From: Clostridia bacterium
GTDB taxonomy: Bacteria; Bacillota; Clostridia; Christensenellales; Aristaeellaceae
Direction: 5' to 3'
Length of the DNA: 40,739 nt
Assembly (NCBI GenBank): GCA_017620115.1
Contig: JAFZRB010000053.1
Coordinates: forward strand, 1-40,739
Program-made: the position numbers and the translations under genes
Part shown: piece after piece, positions 8,244 through 16,083 of the stretch
How positions within the stretch are numbered: position 1 is the stretch's first letter
Layout of the letters: each line of letters starts with the position of its first letter
The notes under the pieces: generated by a model
The model's input: only the letters and a program-made list of their open reading frames with translations
Told to the model about the DNA's origin: nothing
Databases searched by the model: none

Positions 8244-9602
8244 TCACTGGCGGTAGTGAATGCTGACGGCTCCCCCGTCGATCTCCACCCGTTCGATGAG
8301 CTCCCGCGCCACCACGCGCTTTTCCTCAGCCGTCATCCGGTCCCACGCCTGGGCGAGGCGGCGTATTTCCCCGCGCTGCCGCTCCGATTCTTCCTCGCGC
8401 CGTCCGGCCTGCAGCGCTTTGCGCTCCTCCTCGCGCAGCGTGTCCAGCAGGCGTTTCTGCTCGGCGATACTGTCCGCGAGAAGCTCGTCTTCAGCCGCGG
8501 CGTAAAGCGCGTACAAACGCCTGAGCCGCCGCTCTGTTTCGCGGATCCGGCCGGCAAGCGCGTCGCGCTCCGTTTCGCGCGGTCGATCGCCGGTCTCCGG
8601 CGGCTGGGAAAGCGCCCTGTCCAGAAAATCATCCACAACTGCGGCCTCCACTTCGTCCGCCCATGCCTTTTCGTTGTCGCAATTCTCGTCGCGGATGAGA
8701 TAGCGCTTGCTCCGCTGCTGGGAATAGCAGGTCAGTTTATAGCCGTTTCTCCCCCATTTCTGATAGCGCATCCTCGCGCCGCACCGGCCGCAGTACACAA
8801 GGCCCGTGAGCAGGTGAACGCTTTTGAAGCTGCGCGCGCTGCTGCGGCGGCTTTTTTGTTCCTGCGCCGCCAGAAACGTGGCCTCGTCCACGATCGCCTC
8901 GTGCCGCCCGCGGTATTCCGCGCCGTTATACTCGATCAGCCCGATATTCGACTTTCTGCTCAATATGTCTCTGACCTGCTTCTCATGCTTCAGGCCGGTC
9001 ATTTCGGCGATGCGCGCCGTCGGGACGCCGTCCAGGTACAGGCGGTATATGAGCCGCACGGTCGCCGCGTCTTCATTGGGCGTCAGCACGCCCCGCGCTC
9101 TGTCATAGTCGTAGCCAAAGGGCGGATGACCGCCGCCCATCCAAAGCCCGTCTCGCACGCGCTCCTTCATGCCCATGCGCGTGCGTTCGCGGATGGTCTC
9201 GCGCTCGAGCTGCGCGAACGCCGACATGATGCCCAGCATGGCCCGGCCCATCGGCGTGCCCGTGTCCATGTTTTCGTTGAGCGAGGTAAAGCCGACGCCG
9301 GCCGGATTGAACACGTCCTCGATGAGATACAGCGTGTCCTTCTGGCTGCGCGAGAGCCGGTCCAGCTTGTAAACGACCACCTGCGATATGAAACCGGCCT
9401 TCACATCGTCGATGAGGCGTTTCATTTCGGGCCGATCGATATTGCTGCCGGTAAAGCCGCCGTCGACGTAGAACCGGTAGTCCGTCCAGCCCCGGCTGCG
9501 GCAATAGCCTTCCAGCATATCTTTCTGGGCGTCCACGGAATAACCCTCAAACTGGGCGTCCGTCGATACGCGGATGTAAAGCGCCGCGAGTTTTTTCTTC
9601 AT
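8244..9602 (-). CDS. Large serine recombinase (SpoIVCA/phage-integrase-like; resolvase catalytic domain, recombinase domain, zinc ribbon, coiled coil)
   Basis: LAALYIRVSTDAQ (catalytic Ser motif), VVVYKLDRLSRS, GGHPPFGYDY, zinc ribbon LVYCGRCGARMRY...LTCY, and a Glu/Arg-rich coiled-coil tail. 452 aa. Confidence 0.95.
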   Translation of the reverse strand: MKKKLAALYIRVSTDAQFEGYSVDAQKDMLEGYCRSRGWTDYRFYVDGGFTGSNIDRPEMKRLIDDVKAGFISQVVVYKLDRLSRSQKDTLYLIEDVFNPAGVGFTSLNENMDTGTPMGRAMLGIMSAFAQLERETIRERTRMGMKERVRDGLWMGGGHPPFGYDYDRARGVLTPNEDAATVRLIYRLYLDGVPTARIAEMTGLKHEKQVRDILSRKSNIGLIEYNGAEYRGRHEAIVDEATFLAAQEQKSRRSSARSFKSVHLLTGLVYCGRCGARMRYQKWGRNGYKLTCYSQQRSKRYLIRDENCDNEKAWADEVEAAVVDDFLDRALSQPPETGDRPRETERDALAGRIRETERRLRRLYALYAAAEDELLADSIAEQKRLLDTLREEERKALQAGRREEESERQRGEIRRLAQAWDRMTAEEKRVVARELIERVEIDGGAVSIHYRQ

Positions 9603-9727
9603 TTGCGCCCTCTCCGCCGCACATTTTCAACCACCCGCGCGACCCGTTCCGATCTTAACGGCGTCGCGTTGATCTCCTCATGCCGGACCGGCCGCCCGGC
9701 CAGAAAACGCCTCGTTACGGTTATCAT
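9599..9727 (-). CDS. Hypothetical 42-aa basic protein translationally coupled to the recombinase (speculative)
   Basis: Not in the ORF track (under 60 aa). ATG at 9727 follows GGAGGTGA by 7 nt. Translation is MITVTRRFLAGRPVRHEEINATPLRSERVARVVENVRRRGRK. Its TGA overlaps the recombinase ATG (AAATGA). I recognise no homology. Confidence 0.3.
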   Translation of the reverse strand: MITVTRRFLAGRPVRHEEINATPLRSERVARVVENVRRRGRK

Positions 9728-9750
9728 ATGCCGGATCACCTCCATATCGT

Positions 9751-9778
9751 CATTTTTCCCGCTTTCCGGCGCTTATAC
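9751..9778 (-). promoter_or_regulatory. Candidate forespore (sigma-F-like) promoter upstream of the recombinase module (weak call)
   Basis: The minus strand reads GTATA (9778-9774), 14 nt, GGAAAAATG (9759-9751). The textbook sigma-F consensus is GCATR-15-GGHRARHTX. The -10 fits fully, but the spacer is 1 nt short and the -35 uses T for C. Confidence 0.2.
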
Positions 9779-9823
9779 GCTTATGGCTTCTTCTCCGCTG
9801 CCGCGAATTTAATTTTCGCATGC

Positions 9824-9852
9824 TTGACAACGCCGCCGCCGTAATATATAAT
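9824..9852 (+). promoter_or_regulatory. Consensus sigma-A promoter of the aspS leader
   Basis: TTGACA (9824-9829), exactly 17 nt, TATAAT (9847-9852). Confidence 0.75.
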
Positions 9853-9859
9853 GGCTGCA

Positions 9860-10078
9860 GTTTCATAACAGGCGCTGACGGGAAGAGTAGGTTTATGCCC
9901 CGGCTGTCCAGAGAGAGCCGCGTTCGCTGAGAGCGGCTCAGCGGCATCTTCCGAACGACACCCCCGAGCCTCCGTCCCATCGGACGGCGCGACGCATGCG
10001 ATATCATGCGCAGAGCAGCAAGCAGGGTGGCACCACGAACGGCTTTTCGTCCCTACGGGACAGAAGCCGTCTTTTTAT
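9860..10078 (+). promoter_or_regulatory. T-box riboswitch leader, Asp specifier (GAC), with intrinsic terminator
   Basis: Stem I elements are GGGAAGAGTAG and CCAGAGAGAG. The specifier-loop candidate is GAC followed by A at 9957-9960. The T-box sequence AGCAGGGTGGCACCACG lies at 10021-10037. The terminator ACGGCTTTTCGTCCC/GGGACAGAAGCCGT plus CTTTTTATT lies at 10039-10078. It sits directly upstream of aspS. Confidence 0.85.
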
Positions 10079-10141
10079 TGCCGCCCAGGCGTCCCTTATG
10101 AAGATGATCCATGCAACCCATACAGTCAGGAGGCGAAACCC

Positions 10142-11905
10142 ATGTTCCAATCCCGCACCCATACCTGCAATGAGCTACGCCTCTCCAACGCCGGCGAAAA
10201 GGTCACGATCGTCGGCTGGATGGAGAATGTTCGAGAGGTCGGATCGACGCTGGCCTTCGTCATCGTGCGCGACTTTTACGGCACCACGCAGGTGGTCGTC
10301 GAAAACAACGACGCGCTCATGGCCGTGGTGAAGGGGCTCAACTGCGAGTCCACCATCTCCGTGACAGGCACCGTGCGCGAGCGCAGCAGCAAGAACCCCA
10401 AACTGCCCACAGGCGACATCGAGATCGTGCCCGAGGCCATCGAGGTGCTGGGCCGCTGCATCTACAACGAGCTGCCCTTCGAGATCAACCGCTCCCGAGA
10501 GGCCGACGAGAACACCCGCCTGCGCTACCGTTACCTCGACCTGCGCAATCCCGAGGTCAAGGCCAAGATCGTTCTGCGCAGCCGGATCGTGGCTGAGCTG
10601 CGCCGCTCCATGACGGATCACGGCTTCCTCGAAATCACCACGCCCATCCTCACCAGCTCTTCGCCCGAAGGCGCGCGCGACTATCTCGTGCCTTCCCGCC
10701 TGCATCCGGGCAAGTTCTACGCGCTGCCGCAGGCCCCCCAGCAGTTCAAGCAGCTGCTCATGACCTCCGGCTTCGACCGCTACTTCCAGATCGCCCCCTG
10801 CTTCCGCGACGAGGACGCCCGCGCGGACCGCTCGCCCGGCGAGTTCTACCAGCTGGACATGGAGATGGCGTTCGCCTCGCAGGAGGATGTGTTCGCCGTG
10901 CTCGAAGACGTGCTGCCGCCCATCTTCGCCAAATACGGCAAATACGACCGCGCTTCCTCCGCGCCCTTCCGCCGCATCGCCTACAACGAGGCCATGGACC
11001 GCTACGGCTCCGACAAGCCCGACCTGCGCATCAGCCTCGTGGTCGACGACCTCACCGACCTCTGCCAGGGCGTCGGCTTCGAACCCTTCGAGGGCAACGT
11101 GGTGAAGGCCGTCGTCGCCCCGAACTTCGACAAAACGCGCAAGTTCATCGACGGCCTGTGCAAGGACGTCGAAACCGCCACCGCCAGCAAGGCTTACTGG
11201 TTCAAGGTCAACGAGGACGGCTCTTTCGCGGGCGGCATCGCGAAATTCCTGGCGGATAAAAACGCGGCTGTCACCGCGGCGCTTTCGCTCAAGCCCGGCT
11301 GCGCCGTGTTCCTCGCCGCCGGCAAGAAGACCGCCGCCCAGAAGACCGCCGGCGTCATCCGCAAGCTGCTGGGCAACGCCGTGGACGCCTACATGGACAG
11401 GGATAAATACGAATTCTGCTGGATCGTGGATTTCCCGATGTACGAAATCGGCGAGGAATCCGGCGAGCTGGAATTCTGCCACAACCCCTTCTCCATGCCC
11501 CAGGGCGGTCTGAAGGCGCTCACGGAAAAGGATCCGCTGGATATCTACGCCTGGCAGTACGATCTGGTCTGCAACGGCGTGGAGCTCTCCTCCGGCGCGG
11601 TGCGCAATCACGATCCCGAAATCATGATCAAGGCGTTTGAAATCGTCGGCCTGGGTGAGGCCGATGTGAAGGCCAAATTCCCGGCCATGTACAACGCCTT
11701 CTGCTACGGCGCGCCGCCGCACGCGGGCATCGCTCCCGGCGTCGACCGCATGGTCATGCTCATCGCGGGCGAAGAGAGCATCCGCGAGATCATTCCCTTC
11801 CCGATGAACAAGAACGCGCAGGATCTGATGATGGGCGCTCCTTCGGCGGTCGAGCCGAAGCAGCTCAGCGACGTTCACATCGCCATCGTGGAAGACAAAA
11901 AGTAA
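10142..11905 (+). CDS. aspS: Aspartate--tRNA ligase (bacterial type)
   Basis: 587 aa. Class II motifs FYALPQAPQQFKQLLM, QIAPCFRDEDARADRSPGEFYQLDME and GAPPHAGIAPGVDRMVML. RBS AGGAGG. Confidence 0.97.
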   Translation: MFQSRTHTCNELRLSNAGEKVTIVGWMENVREVGSTLAFVIVRDFYGTTQVVVENNDALMAVVKGLNCESTISVTGTVRERSSKNPKLPTGDIEIVPEAIEVLGRCIYNELPFEINRSREADENTRLRYRYLDLRNPEVKAKIVLRSRIVAELRRSMTDHGFLEITTPILTSSSPEGARDYLVPSRLHPGKFYALPQAPQQFKQLLMTSGFDRYFQIAPCFRDEDARADRSPGEFYQLDMEMAFASQEDVFAVLEDVLPPIFAKYGKYDRASSAPFRRIAYNEAMDRYGSDKPDLRISLVVDDLTDLCQGVGFEPFEGNVVKAVVAPNFDKTRKFIDGLCKDVETATASKAYWFKVNEDGSFAGGIAKFLADKNAAVTAALSLKPGCAVFLAAGKKTAAQKTAGVIRKLLGNAVDAYMDRDKYEFCWIVDFPMYEIGEESGELEFCHNPFSMPQGGLKALTEKDPLDIYAWQYDLVCNGVELSSGAVRNHDPEIMIKAFEIVGLGEADVKAKFPAMYNAFCYGAPPHAGIAPGVDRMVMLIAGEESIREIIPFPMNKNAQDLMMGAPSAVEPKQLSDVHIAIVEDKK

Positions 11906-11922
11906 AACGGCATGCCGCAATC

Positions 11923-11957
11923 GCCGCCTCCCGGCAATGGGAGGCGGCCGCTTTTTG
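11923..11957 (+). terminator. Rho-independent terminator of aspS
   Basis: GCCGCCTCCC (11923-11932), loop GGCAAT, GGGAGGCGGC (11939-11948), then CGCTTTTTG. Confidence 0.8.
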
Positions 11958-11977
11958 AGATTGACCGTCAAAATCTA

Positions 11978-12006
11978 TTGCATTGCGGCGGAAAATCCAG
12001 TATAAT
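11978..12006 (+). promoter_or_regulatory. Sigma-A promoter of the alpha-galactosidase cluster
   Basis: TTGCAT (11978-11983), 17 nt, TATAAT (12001-12006). Confidence 0.6.
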
Positions 12007-12047
12007 GAATATGTAAAATCCAATGGGAACAACGAGGAGGAATGAAC

Positions 12048-13229
12048 ATGCTGGCACAGAGACCGCCCATGGGCTGGAACACCTGGAACACCTTCGGCGA
12101 GAAGATCAACGAGCAGCTGATCCGCGAAAGCACGGACGCCTTCGTGGACATCGGCCTGAAAGACGCCGGATACGAGTACATCGTCATTGACGACTGCTGG
12201 AGCGAGTACAACCGCGATCCGGTCACCGACCGCATCGTGCCCCACCATGAGAAGTTCCCCAACGGCATGAAGGTCGTGGCGGACTACGTGCACTCCAAGG
12301 GGCTGAAATTCGGCATGTATTCCTGCGACGGCGTGCGTACCTGCGGCGACTACCCGGGCTCCTTCGACCACGAGTTTCTGGACGCGCAGACCTTCGCCGA
12401 ATTCGGCATAGACTTCCTGAAGTACGACAACTGCTATAAGCCGACCTCCGCTCACGGCCCCACGCTGTATCACCGCATGGGCATGGCGCTGCGCTCAACC
12501 GGCCGGGATATCCTCTTCTCCGCCTGCAACTGGGGCACCGAAGACGTGTGGAGCTGGATCCGTTCCTCCGGCGCGCACATGTACCGCTCCACCGGCGACA
12601 TCGTGGACACGCCGGAATCCTATCGCAACATCGCCAAGAGCCAGATGGACAAGCTGGGTTATTCCGCGCCCGGCTGCTTCAACGACATCGACATGCTGAC
12701 CGTCGGCATGTATGGCAACGGCAACGTGGGCAGCGACGTTTTCAATCCTGAAAAGAAGTCCAACGCCAACACCGAAGCCGACTACCGCAGCCAGTTCGCG
12801 CTGTGGTGCATGTATTCCGCGCCGCTGATGCTTGGCAGCGATATCCGCAAGATGGATGAGAAGACCCTGAAGCTGGTCACCAATCCCGAGCTCATCCGCA
12901 TCGATCAGGACGCCGAAGCCCGCCCGCCGGTGATCGCCAAAGCCGGCTGGTTCGAGGACTGCAAGGTCATGTTCAAGTTCCTGGAGAACGGCGAATACGC
13001 GCTGGCCTTCTTCAACATGGGCGAGCCGAATCCCCGCTTCCCCGAACGCAGCTCCCTCGGCCTCAGCGCCATGTTCGCCGATTTCGGCCTCACCGCCAGT
13101 TCCGGCTACGCCCTGCAGCTGACCGATGTGTTCACCGGCGAGGACGTGGGATGCTACAGGGAATACTTCCGGACGAACGTGGCCTTCCACGATTGCGCCG
13201 TCTACCGGGCCAGGCTGGTGAAGGCATGA
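12048..13229 (+). CDS. GH27-family alpha-galactosidase / alpha-N-acetylgalactosaminidase
   Basis: PPMGWNTWNTFGEKINE...GYEYIVIDDCW...KFGMYS...DFLKYDNC are GH27 hallmarks. The second ATG (12048) is better spaced from GAGGAGG than the track start at 12042. Confidence 0.9.
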   Translation: MLAQRPPMGWNTWNTFGEKINEQLIRESTDAFVDIGLKDAGYEYIVIDDCWSEYNRDPVTDRIVPHHEKFPNGMKVVADYVHSKGLKFGMYSCDGVRTCGDYPGSFDHEFLDAQTFAEFGIDFLKYDNCYKPTSAHGPTLYHRMGMALRSTGRDILFSACNWGTEDVWSWIRSSGAHMYRSTGDIVDTPESYRNIAKSQMDKLGYSAPGCFNDIDMLTVGMYGNGNVGSDVFNPEKKSNANTEADYRSQFALWCMYSAPLMLGSDIRKMDEKTLKLVTNPELIRIDQDAEARPPVIAKAGWFEDCKVMFKFLENGEYALAFFNMGEPNPRFPERSSLGLSAMFADFGLTASSGYALQLTDVFTGEDVGCYREYFRTNVAFHDCAVYRARLVKA

Positions 13230-13414
13230 CCTGCGCCAAATGCGGCAAGGCCATCTGCCACGACGAAGCGGGTCTTACCTGCAAGCTGATCAATCGCGGC
13301 GCGACCGAGTTCTTCTGCTTCGACTGCCTGGGCGAGATGTTCCACGCCAGCCGTGAGCAGCTGGAGGACATGATCCGCGCCTTCCGGGATGCGGGCTGCA
13401 CCCTGTTTCTGTAA
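13226..13414 (+). CDS. Small Cys-rich (zinc-ribbon-like) protein, 62 aa, function unknown
   Basis: MTCAKCGKAICHDEAGLTCKLINRGATEFFCFDCLGEMF... contains CxxC and CxxC motifs. Its ATG overlaps the GH27 stop (ATGA), and a strong terminator follows it. Confidence 0.55.
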   Translation: MTCAKCGKAICHDEAGLTCKLINRGATEFFCFDCLGEMFHASREQLEDMIRAFRDAGCTLFL

Positions 13415-13421
13415 TACCAAA

Positions 13422-13461
13422 CTGCCGCCGCCCGTCAAACGGCGGCGGCAGAATGCTTTTT
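13422..13461 (+). terminator. Rho-independent terminator
   Basis: CTGCCGCCGCC / GGCGGCGGCAG stem followed by AATGCTTTTT. Confidence 0.8.
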
Positions 13462-13497
13462 AATCAAATCACAAAACGAGCATGGAGGAGAACGATT

Positions 13498-14430
13498 ATG
13501 CTGATTGGCATCGATGTCGGCGGCACGAAAAACGAGCTGGTGCTGTGCGACAATTCCGGGCGCGTGCTCAACCGCCTGCTCGCGCCGGGCAGCAACGCCT
13601 CGGAGTTCGGCGCGGAGACGGCTTCGCAGCGCGTCGCCGGGCAGGTGAAGGAGCTGATGGCCGATTGCCCCGACGCGCCGGTCGACGCGATGTACGCCGG
13701 CATGGCCGGGGGCTGCGCGCCGCGGACGCGCGAATCCATTCACCGAATCCTGACGGAAACCCTGCCCGGCGTAAGGCGTATCGAAAACGGCAGCGACGCG
13801 CTGAACGGGCTGTACGCCTGTGTGGGCGCGCGCGACGGCATGGTTGTCATCGCCGGAACGGGCACGAGCGCCTTTGTGCGCCGCGGCGGCCGGCTGACGC
13901 AGGTGGGCGGCTGGGGTTACCTCATCGACGACGCGGGCGGCGGCTACGCGCTGGGCAGGGGCGTGCTCAACGCCGCCTATCGCGATTTCGACGGACGCGG
14001 CCCGCGCACCATGCTCACCGATATGGCCGTAAAAAGGATCGGCATGCCCCTCGACGAGGCGATCTCCCCGCTTTACGAGGGCGGCAAGCGCACGGTCGCG
14101 AGCTTCGCCCTGCTGGCCTTTGAGGCCGCGGATCTGGGCGACGAAACGGCGCTCTCGCTGGTCGACTGGACCTGCGGCGAACTCGCGCTGCTCATCGCCA
14201 CCTGCGCGAAGCACCTCGCGGCGGCGCCCTACCTCGTGGCGCTGTCGGGCAGCATATGGAAGTCCGACCGCGTGAGAAACGGCGTGAAAGCCAGGCTGGG
14301 CGGCGATTATCAGCTGCTCATCGCCGATCTGCCCCCGGTGTTCGGCGCGGCCGTCGCCGCCGCGGAGCTGGCGGGCCTGGACAGCGGCGAAGCGTTTCAC
14401 GACGCGTTCAAGGCCAGCTATCCGGCGTGA
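13498..14430 (+). CDS. BadF/BadG/BcrA/BcrD-type ATPase (N-acetylglucosamine kinase-like)
   Basis: MLIGIDVGGTKNELVL..., VIAGTGTSAFV and GGWGYLIDDAGGGYALG motifs. ATG at 13498 follows GGAGGAG; the track start at 13453 is over-extended. Confidence 0.85.
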   Translation: MLIGIDVGGTKNELVLCDNSGRVLNRLLAPGSNASEFGAETASQRVAGQVKELMADCPDAPVDAMYAGMAGGCAPRTRESIHRILTETLPGVRRIENGSDALNGLYACVGARDGMVVIAGTGTSAFVRRGGRLTQVGGWGYLIDDAGGGYALGRGVLNAAYRDFDGRGPRTMLTDMAVKRIGMPLDEAISPLYEGGKRTVASFALLAFEAADLGDETALSLVDWTCGELALLIATCAKHLAAAPYLVALSGSIWKSDRVRNGVKARLGGDYQLLIADLPPVFGAAVAAAELAGLDSGEAFHDAFKASYPA

Positions 14431-14450
14431 TTGGCGCAGGGAGGGATTAC

Positions 14451-15401
14451 ATGAATCGTTCAACCAGCCTGCTCATCCATCCGGAGGAACTGGATACCGT
14501 CTGGCTCGATCAGCTGGAGGCGCTGGGCGTGAAGACGCTCGGGCTGCATCCCGTGGGCGGGAAGCGCGCCAATGAAACGCTGGCGGCCATGCTGAACCGC
14601 TTTGAAACGCCCGAATACCGCCGTCTGCTGGACGAAGCGGAACGCCGCGGCATCGAAGTCACCTGCGAGATGCACGCCCTGCGCTATCTCCTGCCCGCGG
14701 ACGCGCTGGCGGCGCATCCCCAATGGCGGCGCGTGAACGCTCAGGGCGAGCGCGCGGCGGACTGGAACCTGTGTCCTTCCTGCGGCGAAGCGCTCGACTA
14801 TCTCAGCGAAAGCGCCGCGCGGCTGTACGCCCGCCTTCCGGGCCGTCCGAAGCGCGTTTCACTCTGGCTGGACGACTCGCAGGACGCCTTCTGCCACTGC
14901 GATAAGTGCCGTTCCCTCTCCCCTTCCGACCAGCAGATGATCGTACTGAACGCGATGCTGAGGGGTATCCGCGCCGTGCGGCCCGACGCGAAGCTGGCCT
15001 ATCTGGCTTACTTTGAAACGCTGCCCGCGCCGACGCGGCCCGACCTGCGGGATGGGCTCTATCTCGAATTCGCGCCGTACAAGCGCGACCTGACGCGTCC
15101 GCTGGACGACCCCGACTGCGAGGCCAACCGGAGGGAAACGGAGCACCTTCGATCGCTGCTCGCCTTCTTCGGCGCGGAGGATGCCACCGCGCTGGATTAC
15201 TGGTTCGACAACTCGCTGCTTTCGCGTTACACGAAGCCCCCGCAAAGGCTCGTTCCGCATCCCGGCGTGGTAAAGGCCGACATGGCTTTCTACCGTCGGC
15301 TGGGCTTCGAGCGCATATCCTCTTTCGCCTGTTACCTGGGCGCGGACTACCGGGCGCTGTACGGCCTGCCGAAGCTGGATTCTTTCGCCGAAGGAGCGTG
15401 A
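14451..15401 (+). CDS. Hypothetical protein, possibly a glycosidase-like TIM-barrel (DUF4838-like), with a Cys cluster
   Basis: ATG at 14451 follows GGGAGGG. It has CPSCGE and WLDDSQDAFCHCDKC motifs. The family assignment is from memory and is weak; the coding call rests on operon context and length. Confidence 0.6.
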   Translation: MNRSTSLLIHPEELDTVWLDQLEALGVKTLGLHPVGGKRANETLAAMLNRFETPEYRRLLDEAERRGIEVTCEMHALRYLLPADALAAHPQWRRVNAQGERAADWNLCPSCGEALDYLSESAARLYARLPGRPKRVSLWLDDSQDAFCHCDKCRSLSPSDQQMIVLNAMLRGIRAVRPDAKLAYLAYFETLPAPTRPDLRDGLYLEFAPYKRDLTRPLDDPDCEANRRETEHLRSLLAFFGAEDATALDYWFDNSLLSRYTKPPQRLVPHPGVVKADMAFYRRLGFERISSFACYLGADYRALYGLPKLDSFAEGA

Positions 15402-15405
15402 CGCC

Positions 15406-16044
15406 ATGCGCTTTCTCTGGCTGCTTCTGCCCATCGCCATGGCCGCGCTGCGGCTGAAGACGAAAAAGTATATCTTCAGCGCGCTGGTCACGCTGACCTG
15501 CGCCGCCATCATTCCCTTCGGGAACGGATTCATGCTGCTCGGGCTGCTCCTGTCCGTGATCGGCGACTACCTGCTGGCGCATCAGAAGGGCCATCCGAAC
15601 CGCTTTCTCTTCGGCGTGGCTTTCTTCGCGCTGGCGCATCTGGCGTTCATCCTTCACGCCGGAACCAGCGTATTATGGTATCGCCATTTCTCGTTCCGCC
15701 CGCCCGCGCTTTTCTTTGCGCTCGCGCTGGCGGCGCTGTACGCCGTGTATCTGACGCGCCGCATCCTGCCCGGCCAGCCCGCCGCCATGAAGATCGCGCT
15801 AAGCGGCTACGCGCTCGTGAGCCTCGCGGGACTGTATTTCGCGCTGAGCATGCAGACGCCCGGCGCGCTGGAGTACTGGCTGTACGTCGCCGGCATCGCC
15901 GCCATCGTCTTTTCCGACACCATGATCGCCGAGGCGGAATTCGCCGGACGCCGCGAGGCGCATAAGCTCATCCTGCCAACCTATTACCTCTGCCACATCC
16001 TGCTGGCGGCCAGCCTGATCGCGTGCCGGTATAGCATGCCATGA
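15406..16044 (+). CDS. YhhN-family membrane protein (lysoplasmalogenase-like)
   Basis: Polytopic hydrophobic protein with YhhN-like GDYLLA, HLAFI and FSDTMIA motifs. RBS GAAGGAG. Confidence 0.7.
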   Translation: MRFLWLLLPIAMAALRLKTKKYIFSALVTLTCAAIIPFGNGFMLLGLLLSVIGDYLLAHQKGHPNRFLFGVAFFALAHLAFILHAGTSVLWYRHFSFRPPALFFALALAALYAVYLTRRILPGQPAAMKIALSGYALVSLAGLYFALSMQTPGALEYWLYVAGIAAIVFSDTMIAEAEFAGRREAHKLILPTYYLCHILLAASLIACRYSMP

Positions 16045-16050
16045 GAAAAC

Positions 16051-16073
16051 GCCCGCGGAGCCGTTCCGCGGGC
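16051..16073. terminator. Hairpin between convergent yhhN-like and MATE genes
   Basis: GCCCGCGGA (16051-16059), loop GCCGT, TCCGCGGGC (16065-16073), then GCTTTCC. Confidence 0.6.
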
Positions 16074-16083
16074 GCTTTCCGTA

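Larger units (their letters stand above)
8222..9727. mobile_element. Left junction plus recombinase module of a DNA element (or invertible segment) interrupting sigG; the right boundary cannot be found in this window
   Basis: sigG homology ends abruptly at about 8221/8222. The recombinase gene lies 22 bp away in the same orientation. The coordinates give the minimum extent only. Confidence 0.5.

Noticed and set aside
8172-9812. 546-aa plus-strand ORF covering the recombinase region
   Set aside because: It is antisense to a recombinase gene with clear catalytic motifs. Its composition is Arg/Ala/Pro-rich and low in complexity, with no RBS or recognisable domain. This is a typical high-GC antisense artefact.
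9750-10007. 85-aa minus-strand ORF between the recombinase and aspS; considered as the missing sigG 5' half or as an excisionase
   Set aside because: It has no sigma region 1.2-2.3 motifs. It lies antisense across the aspS promoter and T-box leader and has no RBS.
10175-11971. 598-aa minus-strand ORF
   Set aside because: It is fully antisense to aspS, whose identity is unambiguous. The sequence is repetitive and rich in Gly, Ala, Arg and Val, with no motifs.
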